A DNA stretch of 64,000 bases from Candidatus Pollutiaquabacter aromativorans (GCA_049177215.1 CP185379.1:1192150-1256149), one strand, 5' to 3'. Counted from the stretch's first letter, positions 9,795 through 19,529 are shown. Numbers and translations: made by a program. The notes: generated from the sequence alone by a model not told the origin.

Positions 9795-9830
9795 AAAAAG
9801 GTTATTTTTGCAGCCCCGTTGCGATAAAAC
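9795..9830 (+). promoter_or_regulatory. putative Bacteroidetes sigma-A -7 element (TAttTTTG, 9803-9810) for the tRNA-Leu pair
   Basis: ggTTATTTTTGcagccccgt lies about 60 nt upstream of tRNA-Leu. The same TTTTGCAGCCCCGT string occurs upstream of tRNA-Arg at 35537-35553. Confidence 0.4.
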
Positions 9831-9870
9831 GACTCATTTACAGTCGGTTTACCGGACGATCAATCCCCTT

Positions 9871-9950
9871 GCCCAGGTGGCGAAATTGGTAGACGCACCA
9901 CTTTGAGGGGGTGGCGGGCAACCGTGCGAGTTCGAGTCTCGCCCTGGGCA
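9871..9950 (+). tRNA. tRNA-Leu (anticodon GAG)
   Basis: Cloverleaf read by hand: acceptor gcccagg/cctgggc, D-loop with GG, anticodon stem ccact/ggtgg with loop ttGAGgg, long variable arm, T-arm gcgag-ttcgagt-ctcgc, discriminator A. Confidence 0.85.
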
Positions 9951-10007
9951 CACCGTTTACCGGGGGAGGTCTTTACCGGCCTTCCCGATGCTGTTGCATC
10001 GAAAGAT

Positions 10008-10091
10008 GCCCGGGTGGCGAAATTGGTAAACGTTGCGGTCTCAGAAGCCGTTGGAGTTACATCCTTGTGAGTTCGAGTCTCACCCCGGGCA
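10008..10091 (+). tRNA. tRNA-Leu (anticodon CAG)
   Basis: Acceptor gcccggg/cccgggc, anticodon stem gcggt/gccgt with loop ctCAGaa, long variable arm, T-arm gtgag-ttcgagt-ctcac, discriminator A. Confidence 0.85.
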
Positions 10092-10095
10092 CCGC

Positions 10096-10131
10096 AAAAG
10101 CCCCTTCGAAAGAAGGGGCTTTCTCTTTTTT
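10096..10131 (+). terminator. rho-independent terminator after the tRNA-Leu pair
   Basis: aaagccccttc-GAAA-gaaggggcttt hairpin followed by TCTCTTTTTT. Confidence 0.65.
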
Positions 10132-10469
10132 AAACGTTTTCAATAGTGGATCTGCCCAGATCCACTTGCTGGTATTCTGTAATCGCGGATCAGCTTTTCC
10201 GTCAATTCGGTGCACCGAATATGCCCTTCTCCGGTTACGAAAGTTTCTATCGAATAGTCTCCGTATTAATTCTGGAATCGCTGTATTCGAAGGGCCTCTT
10301 TTTTTATCAATTACCACGAGTTGTTGGATGCCCTTCACCCGGATTTCGAAAAGCGATGCCAATTCAACCCCATCCCTTACAGTTGTAAGCAGTGGGCGCT
10401 TCTGACCTTAACTGATGGGGTACTTCCTGACTATATAACAGTCGGAATCAAATCTCAACTTCTACGGTC

Positions 10470-12188
10470 ATGAAGAAATTTACCCTGGCGTTATTTCTGA
10501 TAGCGCTTAATCTGACAGCAGCGCTGTGGGCGCGTGCCGAAGGCATTCAACCCGCATCGCAACTTGCAGCAACTGCGACACCCGGACCGATCACAGGTCC
10601 GACAGCAGTGTGCGCCAACCAAACCGGTGTAGCGTATGCCGTAGCGGCATTACCCGGAAGCGTTACCTACGACTGGACACTACCCATTGGTGCATCCATC
10701 GTCTCTGGTGCCGGTACAGCATCGATTGTCGTTGATTTCGGAAGCGATTTCGGCGACATCTGCGTTACGGCCGATGACGGAAGCGGAGCCAGTAGCCCGT
10801 CCTGCATCACCACCATCGCAGCTGCCGGACGACCGAATTCTCCGGATTCGATCGTGGGCCCTGTTTACAGCGTATGTCCCGGTCAAGTCGTGACGTATTC
10901 CGTCCTGACTCCTGATCCCAATGCTGCTTCGTACGACTGGATCGTTCCACCGACCATGACCATCCTCAGCGGGCAAGGAACTGCTACCATCACGGTAGAA
11001 GCGGGTCCCGCTTTCAGCTGGGGGTACTTGCGTGTCTCGGCGAGCAACTGTCGCGGAACCACCGGACAAAAAGTGATCACCGTATTCAATGCACCGACCA
11101 AACCAGGCGCCATTTCCGGCCCGCCGACCGGCGCCTGTCCGAACGGTACCTATACGTATTCGATCCAGGCAGTCCCCGGCGCTACCTCGTACACCTGGTT
11201 CGCACCGGCAGGTTGTGTCATTGCCTCCCCGGTGACGAGCGGTAACCCGTTGACCACCTCTGTCACCTCCGTGGATATCACTTTCCCGGCAGGTTTTGTG
11301 AACGGCTCGATCTACGTACAATCGAACAGCGGTTGTAACTCTTCCGAGCGCCGTGAACTGAAGATTCGTTCAGTGCCGGTCAAGCCGGGTGGAATCCGTG
11401 GTCCACTCTTCGGCGTCTGTGATATGACGAGCGTAATGTACTATGTCGATTCTGTGCCGGGCGCGGAGTCGTACACCTGGACGTTTACCCCCGGAACTTA
11501 CACGACGATCAATGGAAACGGGAACGATACCATCTACGTGGATTTCGCTACCGGCTTCACCCAAGCCACGCTCTGCGTGACGGCGAACAATTCCTGTGGT
11601 AGTTCAGTGGCTCGTTGTGGAGTGGTATTCGCGCGTCCGCAAACGCCTCGCTTCATCGATGGACCGACCGGCGCATGCAATTCCAATCCGGCGACCAGCA
11701 TTGCATATTACGAGGTACAACCGATGTTCGGCGCGAACGGATATGACTGGAGTGTACCGCCGGGTGCCAACATCACACTCGGACAAGGAACTACGCGCAT
11801 TACCGTAGACTTTTTGGGTGCTTCGACCGGAAATGTAAGTGTGCGCGCATTCAACGACTGTGGCATCAGCCCGGCCCGCACGCTGGAAGTGATCGTCAAT
11901 CCTTGCCGTACTGCTGGTTCTGAGAGCAATACCGAATTCCTGGAGCTGATCGCGTTCCCGAATCCGGCGAAGAATTCCATACAGATCGCCTTCCAATCTA
12001 CCGTTGCTCAGGATTACGGTTTGAAAGTGGTCGACATCACCGGCCGCGACGTCATGTCGCTGAATCGTTCAAGCTCAATCGGTTCAAACCGTGAACTGTT
12101 GGATCTGACCGGCATGAGCCCTGGTATCTACCTCATCTGCCTCAATTCGGCAGGATCGCAGGAGAAAATCCGGGTAATTGTAGAGTAA
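10470..12188 (+). CDS. T9SS cargo protein: five tandem ~95-aa Cys-containing PKD-like repeats plus a type-A T9SS C-terminal sorting domain
   Basis: Signal peptide. Repeated module GP..VC.....Y.V..VPGA.SY.W..P.GA.I.SG.GT..I.VDF......G.I.V.A.N.CG.S..R. C-terminal ...FPNPAKNSIQIAF...GIYLICLNSAGSQEKIRVIVE. Confidence 0.75.
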   Translation: MKKFTLALFLIALNLTAALWARAEGIQPASQLAATATPGPITGPTAVCANQTGVAYAVAALPGSVTYDWTLPIGASIVSGAGTASIVVDFGSDFGDICVTADDGSGASSPSCITTIAAAGRPNSPDSIVGPVYSVCPGQVVTYSVLTPDPNAASYDWIVPPTMTILSGQGTATITVEAGPAFSWGYLRVSASNCRGTTGQKVITVFNAPTKPGAISGPPTGACPNGTYTYSIQAVPGATSYTWFAPAGCVIASPVTSGNPLTTSVTSVDITFPAGFVNGSIYVQSNSGCNSSERRELKIRSVPVKPGGIRGPLFGVCDMTSVMYYVDSVPGAESYTWTFTPGTYTTINGNGNDTIYVDFATGFTQATLCVTANNSCGSSVARCGVVFARPQTPRFIDGPTGACNSNPATSIAYYEVQPMFGANGYDWSVPPGANITLGQGTTRITVDFLGASTGNVSVRAFNDCGISPARTLEVIVNPCRTAGSESNTEFLELIAFPNPAKNSIQIAFQSTVAQDYGLKVVDITGRDVMSLNRSSSIGSNRELLDLTGMSPGIYLICLNSAGSQEKIRVIVE

Positions 12189-12207
12189 TTACAGAATTTT
12201 TGATAAA

Positions 12208-12250
12208 AAGGGCCTTGGAGGTACAACTTCCAAGGCCCTTTTACTTTTTC
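12208..12250 (+). terminator. rho-independent terminator after the T9SS cargo gene
   Basis: agggccttgg / ccaaggccct 10-bp stem (12209-12218 and 12231-12240) followed by TTTTACTTTTTC. Confidence 0.55.
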
Positions 12251-12391
12251 TGTTACCGTACAAAACGGTCCATTCACCCCGGAATGTGCGATAAACAGGC
12301 CTGAATTATGCTCCGTTTACCAAAGTAAATTGCAGCCCGGCAGGTGCTGAAGGTATTATTGTTCAACAATCAACTAAAAACACCTGTCGAT

Positions 12392-12643
12392 ATGAGTATC
12401 CGCGAAATGCAAAACCTGATTTACCAACAAGGCAATTTCACTTTTTCCGATGGACGCAAAGACGAGGGGATGGTCATCTCCCGTTACAACATCAAAGAAG
12501 CCCGGGTAGAATTCTACTTTATCCCTGCGAAGAACCTCCTGGCATTCGAATCGGCACGCTCGCACCATGACCTGGAAGCTCACAAAAAAATGGGTCAATT
12601 GGTGGACGTACAATCGATCGTTACTGCCACTACGATTCACTGA
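12392..12643 (+). CDS. hypothetical small protein (83 aa from MSIREMQNL...)
   Basis: ORF 12344..12643 with no recognisable domain. Followed 12 nt later by a 47-aa single-TM ORF (12655..12798, MQRLSTFNRLFLVFFILLFAFIIWKVP...). Confidence 0.3.
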   Translation: MSIREMQNLIYQQGNFTFSDGRKDEGMVISRYNIKEARVEFYFIPAKNLLAFESARSHHDLEAHKKMGQLVDVQSIVTATTIH

Positions 12644-12815
12644 AATCCACAGTCATGCAACGTTTGAGCACTTTCAACCGACTGTTTCTGGTTTTCTTTA
12701 TCCTGCTGTTCGCCTTCATCATTTGGAAGGTGCCGCATGAACCGAAGCAATCAGAAAGCGGCGGCACGATCTCGACTACGCTTTCGGCGGACGAATGATC
12801 CGATCCTGAACAAGC

Positions 12816-12856
12816 AAAAACGGCAGCCTTATCGGGCTGCCGTTTTCATTTTTCCG
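12816..12856. terminator. bidirectional rho-independent terminator between the small ORFs and convergent dnaN
   Basis: aaacggcagcc-ttatcg-ggctgccgttt hairpin with T-run (tttcatttttcc) on the + strand and A-run on the - strand. Confidence 0.55.
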
Positions 12857-12863
12857 GGTTTGA

Positions 12864-13988
12864 TCAGTTGTTCAACATAACCGGCATCACCAGCATGAGC
12901 AGGTCTTCGCCCGAACTTTCGGTGCCGGACGGAATCAAAAGTCCTGCACGGTTGGGTGCCGAAAGTTCCATCATCACTTCCTCGCTGTCGAGGTTGGATA
13001 ACATCTCGACGAGGAAGCGGGCGTTGAATCCGATCTCCATGTCTTCACCCGTGTATTGGCAGCTCAGGCGTTCGTTCGCCTCATTGGCGAAATCAAGGTC
13101 CTCCGCGCTGATTTGCAACGCGCTCCCCTGGATCTTGAGCCGTACCTGGTGGGTAGTCTTGTTCGAAAAGATCGAGACCCGTCGCACGGATTGAAGGAAC
13201 TGGATGCGATCGATCGTTAGTTTGTTCGGATTGTCAACCGGAATAACCGCTTCGTAATTCGGATACCGTCCGTCGATCAACCTGCAAATGAGCGAGAAGT
13301 TGCCGAACGTGAAGAATGCATTGCTGTCGTTGTAGGCGATGGAGACAGGTTCGTCACCCGTACCCAGAATACCCTTCAGGAGATTGAGCGGCTTCTTTGG
13401 CAAAATGAAAGCCCCTTCCTGCTTGGCACGATGGTCAGTACGCCGGTATCGCACCAACTTGTGCGCATCGGTAGCTACAAAGGTGAGACTGTCTTTGGAG
13501 AATTGAGAGAACACCCCCGACATCACAGGCCGCAGTTCATCGTTGCCGGTCGCGAAGAGGGTCTTGGCAATGGCCTTCTGCAACAACGAAGCCGGAACTT
13601 CGATACTCTTGGCGCCGTCCAAGGCCGGAACTTTCGGGAACTCGTCACCATCGAAACCGGTCAACTTGTATTTTCCGTTGTCGCTGACGATTTCAATCCC
13701 TTTCGTCTTATCGTCGATCAGGAAGGTGAGGGGATGTTCCGAAAAAGTCTTGAGTGTCTCCAGCAGGATCTTGGCGGGGATGGCGATCTTTCCGGATTGC
13801 TTCCCTTCGATCAGGGTGACCTCGGTGGTCATCGTTGACTCAAGATCCGAAGCGGAAATGGTCAGGTTGCCTTTCTCAACAATGAAAAGGAAATTGTCCA
13901 GGATGGGAAGCGGGTTACTGGAGTTCAAGACTCCGGAGATCTGTTGTAACTGCTTCAGGAGCGTACTGCTCGATACGATGAATTTCAT
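12864..13988 (-). CDS. dnaN: DNA polymerase III beta subunit (sliding clamp)
   Basis: MKFIVSSSTLLKQLQQISGVLNSSNPLPILDNFLF... is a full three-domain clamp (about 374 aa). Start placed at Met7 of the ORF-track frame. Confidence 0.9.
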   Translation of the reverse strand: MKFIVSSSTLLKQLQQISGVLNSSNPLPILDNFLFIVEKGNLTISASDLESTMTTEVTLIEGKQSGKIAIPAKILLETLKTFSEHPLTFLIDDKTKGIEIVSDNGKYKLTGFDGDEFPKVPALDGAKSIEVPASLLQKAIAKTLFATGNDELRPVMSGVFSQFSKDSLTFVATDAHKLVRYRRTDHRAKQEGAFILPKKPLNLLKGILGTGDEPVSIAYNDSNAFFTFGNFSLICRLIDGRYPNYEAVIPVDNPNKLTIDRIQFLQSVRRVSIFSNKTTHQVRLKIQGSALQISAEDLDFANEANERLSCQYTGEDMEIGFNARFLVEMLSNLDSEEVMMELSAPNRAGLLIPSGTESSGEDLLMLVMPVMLNN

Positions 13989-14181
13989 AGGTTCGGAAGG
14001 AAACAAAAGGCGAACTACCGTCGCCTTCGACCCACAAACCTACCACATTCCCCGTAAAATCTGAGTTCCTGACAGCGTGATTGCTCCTTAAAATATGAAC
14101 AAGCGATACTACCTAGAGTAATGCTATGTTGTTAATAAACAGCTATTTACGAGGGCGCGGAAAGGGTTTCTTCCGGACTGT

Positions 14182-15204
14182 TTATTTCTTTCCTCCTGAT
14201 AAAAAGTCACTTCTCTTCCGAAGCAGCGGATCAAAGGTGAAATGTTGCAGCACCCACCACTTCAACTGAACAGGATCGGTTGCATAAAAGCGATCTGCAT
14301 CGTGCTGGAGTGGGTTTCCCAGGGAGTCATGTGTTGCCAGCGCACCGGTTTGAACGGGCATCGGGAACAACCTCAAGCCGTGAACCCGTCCAGCGGTATC
14401 GGTGACTTCCAACTCAGCAACCGGCGTCAGTCGGGAGAGTGAATCTTGTTCTTCTTTTCGCATCTTCATCGCTTCTGTCTCGAAGGGTACTTTTCGAAAC
14501 AGGTAGAGATAGTTCCTGACCGAAGTCGTGTCGGCAATGCCGATCGAAGTTCCATCAAGTGGATCACCGAGAACGAATCCGTTGGATGTACGGCTCAGCG
14601 AATACGACCAGTCTGGTCGGGACGGGTAATGCACGCGGACCTTCGTGATCTCTTCCGGTTGCAACGAGTAGATCACTTTGTCGCGCCATTCAAGCGAATT
14701 AGCTGTATACCGGGGGCTGAGATAACCGTTGAAGCCCGGTAGTTCACAGATGAATGGCAGGTCAGCGCCTTCTTTCATCATGAAGGTGCCCAGTTGGTCC
14801 GCAGTCGGCCCTCCGACATAATACGTCATTACAGGTTGCTCCGAATCGCCGGAATAGATCTCGCATTTGACGCCGTCGGCAGCCAACGCTTTCACCACAT
14901 TGTTGAACCCGGCTTTCGAAACACGGGTCTTGACTTCCACGCCGGCGATAGCCGTTAACAGGCTTTTCAAGAGGTCCTGACGAGCGGGGAATGAATCATT
15001 CACCAACCAGGTGGCTCCACCGGCGCGTTCGATGGTAATGGACCTTCCGGTACGATCGGCGAGGAAAATTTTCCGGACACTTCCCGTATCGACTGCGAAT
15101 CGGAGTTCTTCCTTGTCGATCGTACTGTTCTTATTCGACCATCCGAACCAAACCGCGGTAATCGCTAAAAGGACAGCTGCAAGGAAGAGGATTTTGTTTT
15201 TCAT
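14182..15204 (-). CDS. hypothetical periplasmic/lipoprotein, probably the DUF4340-type protein commonly encoded downstream of gldG
   Basis: N-terminal TM/signal (MKNKILFLAAVLLAITAVWFGW). Sits immediately downstream (13 nt) of gldG in the same orientation. Confidence 0.45.
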   Translation of the reverse strand: MKNKILFLAAVLLAITAVWFGWSNKNSTIDKEELRFAVDTGSVRKIFLADRTGRSITIERAGGATWLVNDSFPARQDLLKSLLTAIAGVEVKTRVSKAGFNNVVKALAADGVKCEIYSGDSEQPVMTYYVGGPTADQLGTFMMKEGADLPFICELPGFNGYLSPRYTANSLEWRDKVIYSLQPEEITKVRVHYPSRPDWSYSLSRTSNGFVLGDPLDGTSIGIADTTSVRNYLYLFRKVPFETEAMKMRKEEQDSLSRLTPVAELEVTDTAGRVHGLRLFPMPVQTGALATHDSLGNPLQHDADRFYATDPVQLKWWVLQHFTFDPLLRKRSDFLSGGKK

Positions 15205-15216
15205 GTTTGACCCGCC

Positions 15217-16917
15217 TTATTTGCGTTGATAACGGCGACGCCGACCGAGGTGGAACAGCCAGCCCGCGATCCAAAGCAGGAGCAAAGGCAGCACGACATT
15301 GGCCCAGCGGATGATCGTTCCCTGCTCGTTCAACTTACCGGCATCCAGCAAACGCAGCCGGAATTCCTTGGCACGAAGTGCGAGCACTCCGGTATCGTCA
15401 CACAGGTAATCGGCAGCATTCAGGATGAAATTCCGATTGCCGAATTGTTGCTGCGAAAACCGGTCGTATCCGAGCGGATAAATAGCGCCTTTCTTACTTA
15501 CCTGACTTTCGATCAGATTTCCGTCACCCGCAACGATCATCTTGCTGCTGTCTCCTGCGGCTCGGAAACCGATTCCGGGATCCTTCGCGATCGTGTCCGG
15601 TAACCGGTTTTCATAAAGGGAACGAAAGTTACCTTCCAGGAGCAAGACGATCGGCACATGCCGGCGTGGAAAGGTCGCGGGATCCGGCTCCTGTTGCAGG
15701 ATATTCATGGAGATACGGGCGGGCGGCAACTGCAGACGGCAATACTGACTGCCCGCCAGCAAAACGGTTTTCTTGATCCCGGTTACATCAATGGTGTCGA
15801 CGGAGGAAGGGAATTCCGTTTTAACTGCGTTCAGGTTGCGGACGATCGGATGGTTATCCGTGCTTTCCAACAGGGGAAAATAATACCAGGGTAGTAATTC
15901 CTGCTTGGGTTGATTACCCACATACCCGGTCACCACCGGGATGGGTGCCGCCTGAAGGTCCATGACCAGATCGGTATTGACGCGAGCTCCGTAGCGGAAT
16001 AGCTGGTCGTCGAGGTTAAGCTCGTACGGGATTGCCACAGTCGTGCCGGTCTGGCCAAGGCTGTCCATCTCCGCCTGCATGCGATCGATCAGCCATAACA
16101 CCCGTCCGCCTCGCATGATGAACTGATCGATGACGAACTTGTCCTTCTCGTCAAACGACAGCGTTGGCTTGGCGATGATCAGCAACCGGTGGTCCTTCAG
16201 GGCGTCGAGTCGACCACCAATGAAGACGGTATCTACATTGTAATATTCGTTCAACGCGCGCGCTGCGTCGGAAATATGCTTGTTGTCCAATTCGCCGTGA
16301 CCGCGCAGGAAGCCGATACGCGGGGCTCCGCCGGTGCGGGTGAAGCGACGTAACACTCCCGCGATCTCATACTCCAGGTTTTCGACCGACGTGTTCAACA
16401 TCTCTTCTGGCGAGCTGCCAAGCCGGCTCTTCAGCAATTGAACGGGAATTTCCTCCCCACCGAAGGAAGCGATCGCGCCGGGGAAAATGATCTTCTGACT
16501 ACTCCCGCCTTTTTCACGTTCCTCTAAATTGGTTGGGAGCAGACCTTTCCTGGCTAATTGCTTGTAGAGTTCCAGCCGTTTCTTTTCCTCCGGTTCGGCG
16601 GAGGGGTCGACGAACTCATATTCGATATTGCCGCCCGCGTAGATCCTGAATTCATCGAGTAATTCCCGGGTAGCATTTCGAAGCCGCCGGAATCCCGGTG
16701 GTAGTTCGCCATCGAGGTAGACCTTGAAATAAACCACATCATTCAGCGAGCCGGCCAGTTCGCGTGAAGCATCGCTGATGCTGTATCGCTTTTCAGCGGT
16801 CAGATCGATCCGGAAAAAGAGAAAGTTGCCGATGATGTTGACCGAGACCAGGATCACCAGGGAGGCGATCAGCCGAAGCAGACTATCCTTGCGTTGCTTG
16901 CCCGAACTCATGACCAT
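15217..16917 (-). CDS. gldG: gliding-motility-associated ABC transporter substrate-binding protein GldG
   Basis: About 566 aa with N-terminal and C-terminal TM helices (LLRLIASLVILVSVNIIG..., ...VVLPLLLLWIAGWLF) and the GldG-family fold. Start chosen at ATGGTCATGA overlapping the gldF stop. The ORF-track 5' extension to 17175 is antisense overlap with gldF. Confidence 0.8.
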   Translation of the reverse strand: MVMSSGKQRKDSLLRLIASLVILVSVNIIGNFLFFRIDLTAEKRYSISDASRELAGSLNDVVYFKVYLDGELPPGFRRLRNATRELLDEFRIYAGGNIEYEFVDPSAEPEEKKRLELYKQLARKGLLPTNLEEREKGGSSQKIIFPGAIASFGGEEIPVQLLKSRLGSSPEEMLNTSVENLEYEIAGVLRRFTRTGGAPRIGFLRGHGELDNKHISDAARALNEYYNVDTVFIGGRLDALKDHRLLIIAKPTLSFDEKDKFVIDQFIMRGGRVLWLIDRMQAEMDSLGQTGTTVAIPYELNLDDQLFRYGARVNTDLVMDLQAAPIPVVTGYVGNQPKQELLPWYYFPLLESTDNHPIVRNLNAVKTEFPSSVDTIDVTGIKKTVLLAGSQYCRLQLPPARISMNILQQEPDPATFPRRHVPIVLLLEGNFRSLYENRLPDTIAKDPGIGFRAAGDSSKMIVAGDGNLIESQVSKKGAIYPLGYDRFSQQQFGNRNFILNAADYLCDDTGVLALRAKEFRLRLLDAGKLNEQGTIIRWANVVLPLLLLWIAGWLFHLGRRRRYQRK

Positions 16918-17645
16918 TTTCTTTTTTCGAGCGTGAAGCGGGCAAGTAGCAGGAAGCAGGTGGTCAGGCTGACGAAATAGAGCAAGTCGCGGGAATCCAT
17001 CACGCCTCGACTCATCGCGGCATAGTGATTGGCGATTCCCAACTGCGACAGGATGTTCTGCAACCGTACAGGAATTCCTAACAAGGCGAATGCGTCGAAT
17101 CCGGCGTAGAAGAAGTAACAGAGGATCAGCGCGAACAAGAACGCGACGACCTGATTGTTCGTTTGCGCCGAGCAAAAGATGCCGATTGCCACGAAGCCGG
17201 AGGACAGGAACAATAATCCGATGTAAGAACCCGCTATGCCTGCCGTGTCAACATTACCGGCTGGAACCGCCAAACGGTAGACCGTGAAGTAGTAGATCAG
17301 GGTAGGAATCAACGACAACACCACCAAGACGAACGCGGCGAGGAACTTTGCGAAGACCAATTGAAATTCGCTCAGGGGACGCGTTAGCAGGAGTTCAAGT
17401 GTTCCGGTCTTCTGCTCTTCGGAAAACATCCGCATGCTGATCGCCGGGATCAGGAACAGGAACAACCAGGGCGCGACGATGAACAAGCCGTCCAGGGCGG
17501 CGATCCGGTTATCCGGAATGCTGAAGGAAGTATCCGGAAAAATCCACAGGAGTATTCCGACCGACAACAGGAAAACGGTCATCACCAGGTACCCGGTCAG
17601 GGATCCCAGAAAGCTCGATAGTTCTTTACGAAAGAGTGCGTACAC
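16908..17645 (-). CDS. gldF: gliding-motility-associated ABC transporter permease GldF (ABC-2 family)
   Basis: 245-aa six-TM ABC-2 permease immediately upstream of, and overlapping, gldG. Confidence 0.8.
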   Translation of the reverse strand: MYALFRKELSSFLGSLTGYLVMTVFLLSVGILLWIFPDTSFSIPDNRIAALDGLFIVAPWLFLFLIPAISMRMFSEEQKTGTLELLLTRPLSEFQLVFAKFLAAFVLVVLSLIPTLIYYFTVYRLAVPAGNVDTAGIAGSYIGLLFLSSGFVAIGIFCSAQTNNQVVAFLFALILCYFFYAGFDAFALLGIPVRLQNILSQLGIANHYAAMSRGVMDSRDLLYFVSLTTCFLLLARFTLEKRKWS

Positions 17646-17723
17646 GGGCAGGAATGCGCCGCAAAAATAGCGTATTTCCTGTTGGCGCCCACTTCACTTT
17701 TGAAGCGATGCTAAGGCGGGTTA

Positions 17724-19307
17724 TCAGTACTTTATCAACCGGATGGTCTCGCTGCCGGAAGGCTGAAGGATCGTCAGCAGGTAAGTTCCTGCCGGGTAGT
17801 TGCGCAAAGGGATTTCAATCTCAGCGCCATCACGCCGCGGTGTAATCACTTGCAATTGTCGGCCAAGTGCGTCTGATAAAAACAGGGTTGTGCCTTCCGG
17901 ATATTCAGGGTCCAGCAGTACCGTTGTCAAATCACCAGCAGGATTCGGCGAAACCCGTAGCAGGGGAGAGTCGGTCGGACGTGCCGAACGTTGATCATTG
18001 CAATTCACTGCGGTTGCCACGATCGTCGATTGCTGTTGACAACCATGATCATCGGTGACGGATACGGAATATTTTCCGGCCCGGTTGACCGACAAGGAAC
18101 TATGTCGGCTGCCATCGCTCCATTCAACCGTATGCCATGCATTCCCGGCTGATAGCGCGACCTGACTACCTTGACAGAATTCAATGGTAGCCGGCATCTC
18201 CAGCTTTGGACTTTGGGATCTTGCTTCGATCGACAATTCCAGTGTAGCGGAGCATCCGGCGGCATCGGCAACCTGAACGGTATAAAGTCCGGCAGTGAGC
18301 GCTGCTGCATGCTGTGCTGATCCGCCGTAAGGAAACCACTCGATCTCATAAGGAGCAGTGCCACCATTGATTGTAATGGACGCGCTACCGTCCGCTTGTT
18401 CCGGGCAGGAGGCTGGCTGGATCTTGGCATTTTGTACCATCAGTGCTGCTGACGGAACATGAATGCGGTCCCGAAGACTGCATCCATTCGCATCGGTTAA
18501 GGCTAATCCATAATACCCTTCCGCTACGGGACCCAATTCAGGTTCGGATCCGGACAAGCCGTTCCAGTCATACTGGTATGGCCATGTTCCACCTGATACT
18601 TCCAGTTTGATTCGGCCGTTGACTATTCGGCAATCGGAGGGAATCACCGTGTATTTCGTGGTCAACGCTTCTGGTTCATCCAGCACGAATTCTCTTTCAA
18701 TGGAACATCCGTTCGGGTCGCTGATAACGACTAAGTAGCTGCCGGCTTTCAAATGATCTCGCTCCGGAGTTTGTCCAGGGGTGTCGCTCCAGGTGTAGAA
18801 ATACTCATCAACTGCAGGGATTGATTCCAGTAGGATCTGACCATCATCCATTCCTTTGCAACTGATCTCCTTCGTCACGCTTCTGATCTGGATGTGCGGG
18901 ACCAGTAAGGTGTACTCCACGGGAACTTCTGTGTTTTCAGTCCCTGCGAAAATGGTGAAGCGATAAGGCTCCTCGCGTGCATCCTGTTCGCCCGGCGTCC
19001 AGCATAAATGACCGCTGTTTCCTTGCGCGTTTAACAGCTCAAACAGGGCGTTGGGAAGATCCCCCACCCAGCGTCGGATCTGCACGTCCTTATCGGGTTG
19101 AGTGAATACATCAAAGCAGATGCTGCTGCCTGCGCAAACGGTTGCTGAGTAACGATCCGTACCATCGATTCCCGTGAGTGGAAGTGCTCCGGGAGCTTCC
19201 GCGTTTACCGGACTTGATGAGGTGAATGCAGCAACAACAAGTGCGAGAAGACCAAGCGTTAAATTACGGGGAGTAGTTTCAAATAGATGTTGCACGCGTG
19301 AATCCAA
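17724..19307 (-). CDS. T9SS cargo adhesin with SprB-type repeats and type-A C-terminal sorting domain
   Basis: Signal peptide. Repeats of the SprB pattern C.G..DG.I.L...GG..PY.Y.W. C-terminal SPNPAGDLTTVLL...GTYLLTILQPSGSETIRLIKY. Confidence 0.75.
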   Translation of the reverse strand: MDSRVQHLFETTPRNLTLGLLALVVAAFTSSSPVNAEAPGALPLTGIDGTDRYSATVCAGSSICFDVFTQPDKDVQIRRWVGDLPNALFELLNAQGNSGHLCWTPGEQDAREEPYRFTIFAGTENTEVPVEYTLLVPHIQIRSVTKEISCKGMDDGQILLESIPAVDEYFYTWSDTPGQTPERDHLKAGSYLVVISDPNGCSIEREFVLDEPEALTTKYTVIPSDCRIVNGRIKLEVSGGTWPYQYDWNGLSGSEPELGPVAEGYYGLALTDANGCSLRDRIHVPSAALMVQNAKIQPASCPEQADGSASITINGGTAPYEIEWFPYGGSAQHAAALTAGLYTVQVADAAGCSATLELSIEARSQSPKLEMPATIEFCQGSQVALSAGNAWHTVEWSDGSRHSSLSVNRAGKYSVSVTDDHGCQQQSTIVATAVNCNDQRSARPTDSPLLRVSPNPAGDLTTVLLDPEYPEGTTLFLSDALGRQLQVITPRRDGAEIEIPLRNYPAGTYLLTILQPSGSETIRLIKY

Positions 19308-19469
19308 TAGGGTGGAAATGCAAAATATCCCTACCGGCCAGCGGCATCAACTTATTTATGCTTTCAGCTTAAAATGGCAGGTCAACAGTGACCCAGCTGG
19401 GGTGAATCGTGATAGTTGTTAAAGTGCCCGTTATTCGGAAAGTATTGTATATAATTGAAAATCAATATA

Positions 19470-19511
19470 TTATAAAAATAGAAAAGGGCGCACCTTGCGG
19501 TACGCCCTTGA
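19470..19511 (-). terminator. rho-independent terminator downstream of the 19530..22118 gene
   Basis: aagggcg...cgccctt hairpin (19484-19510) followed on the minus strand by a U-run (plus strand tataaaaatagaaaa). Confidence 0.45.
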
Positions 19512-19529
19512 CTAATCACTACAATCAAC

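Noticed and set aside
15217-17175. 5' extension of gldG ORF to 17175 (652 aa)
   Set aside because: The extra 86 N-terminal codons overlap gldF on the same strand in another frame and are Arg/Leu-rich. A proper ATG overlapping the gldF stop (16917) gives a typical about 566-aa GldG with an N-terminal TM helix.
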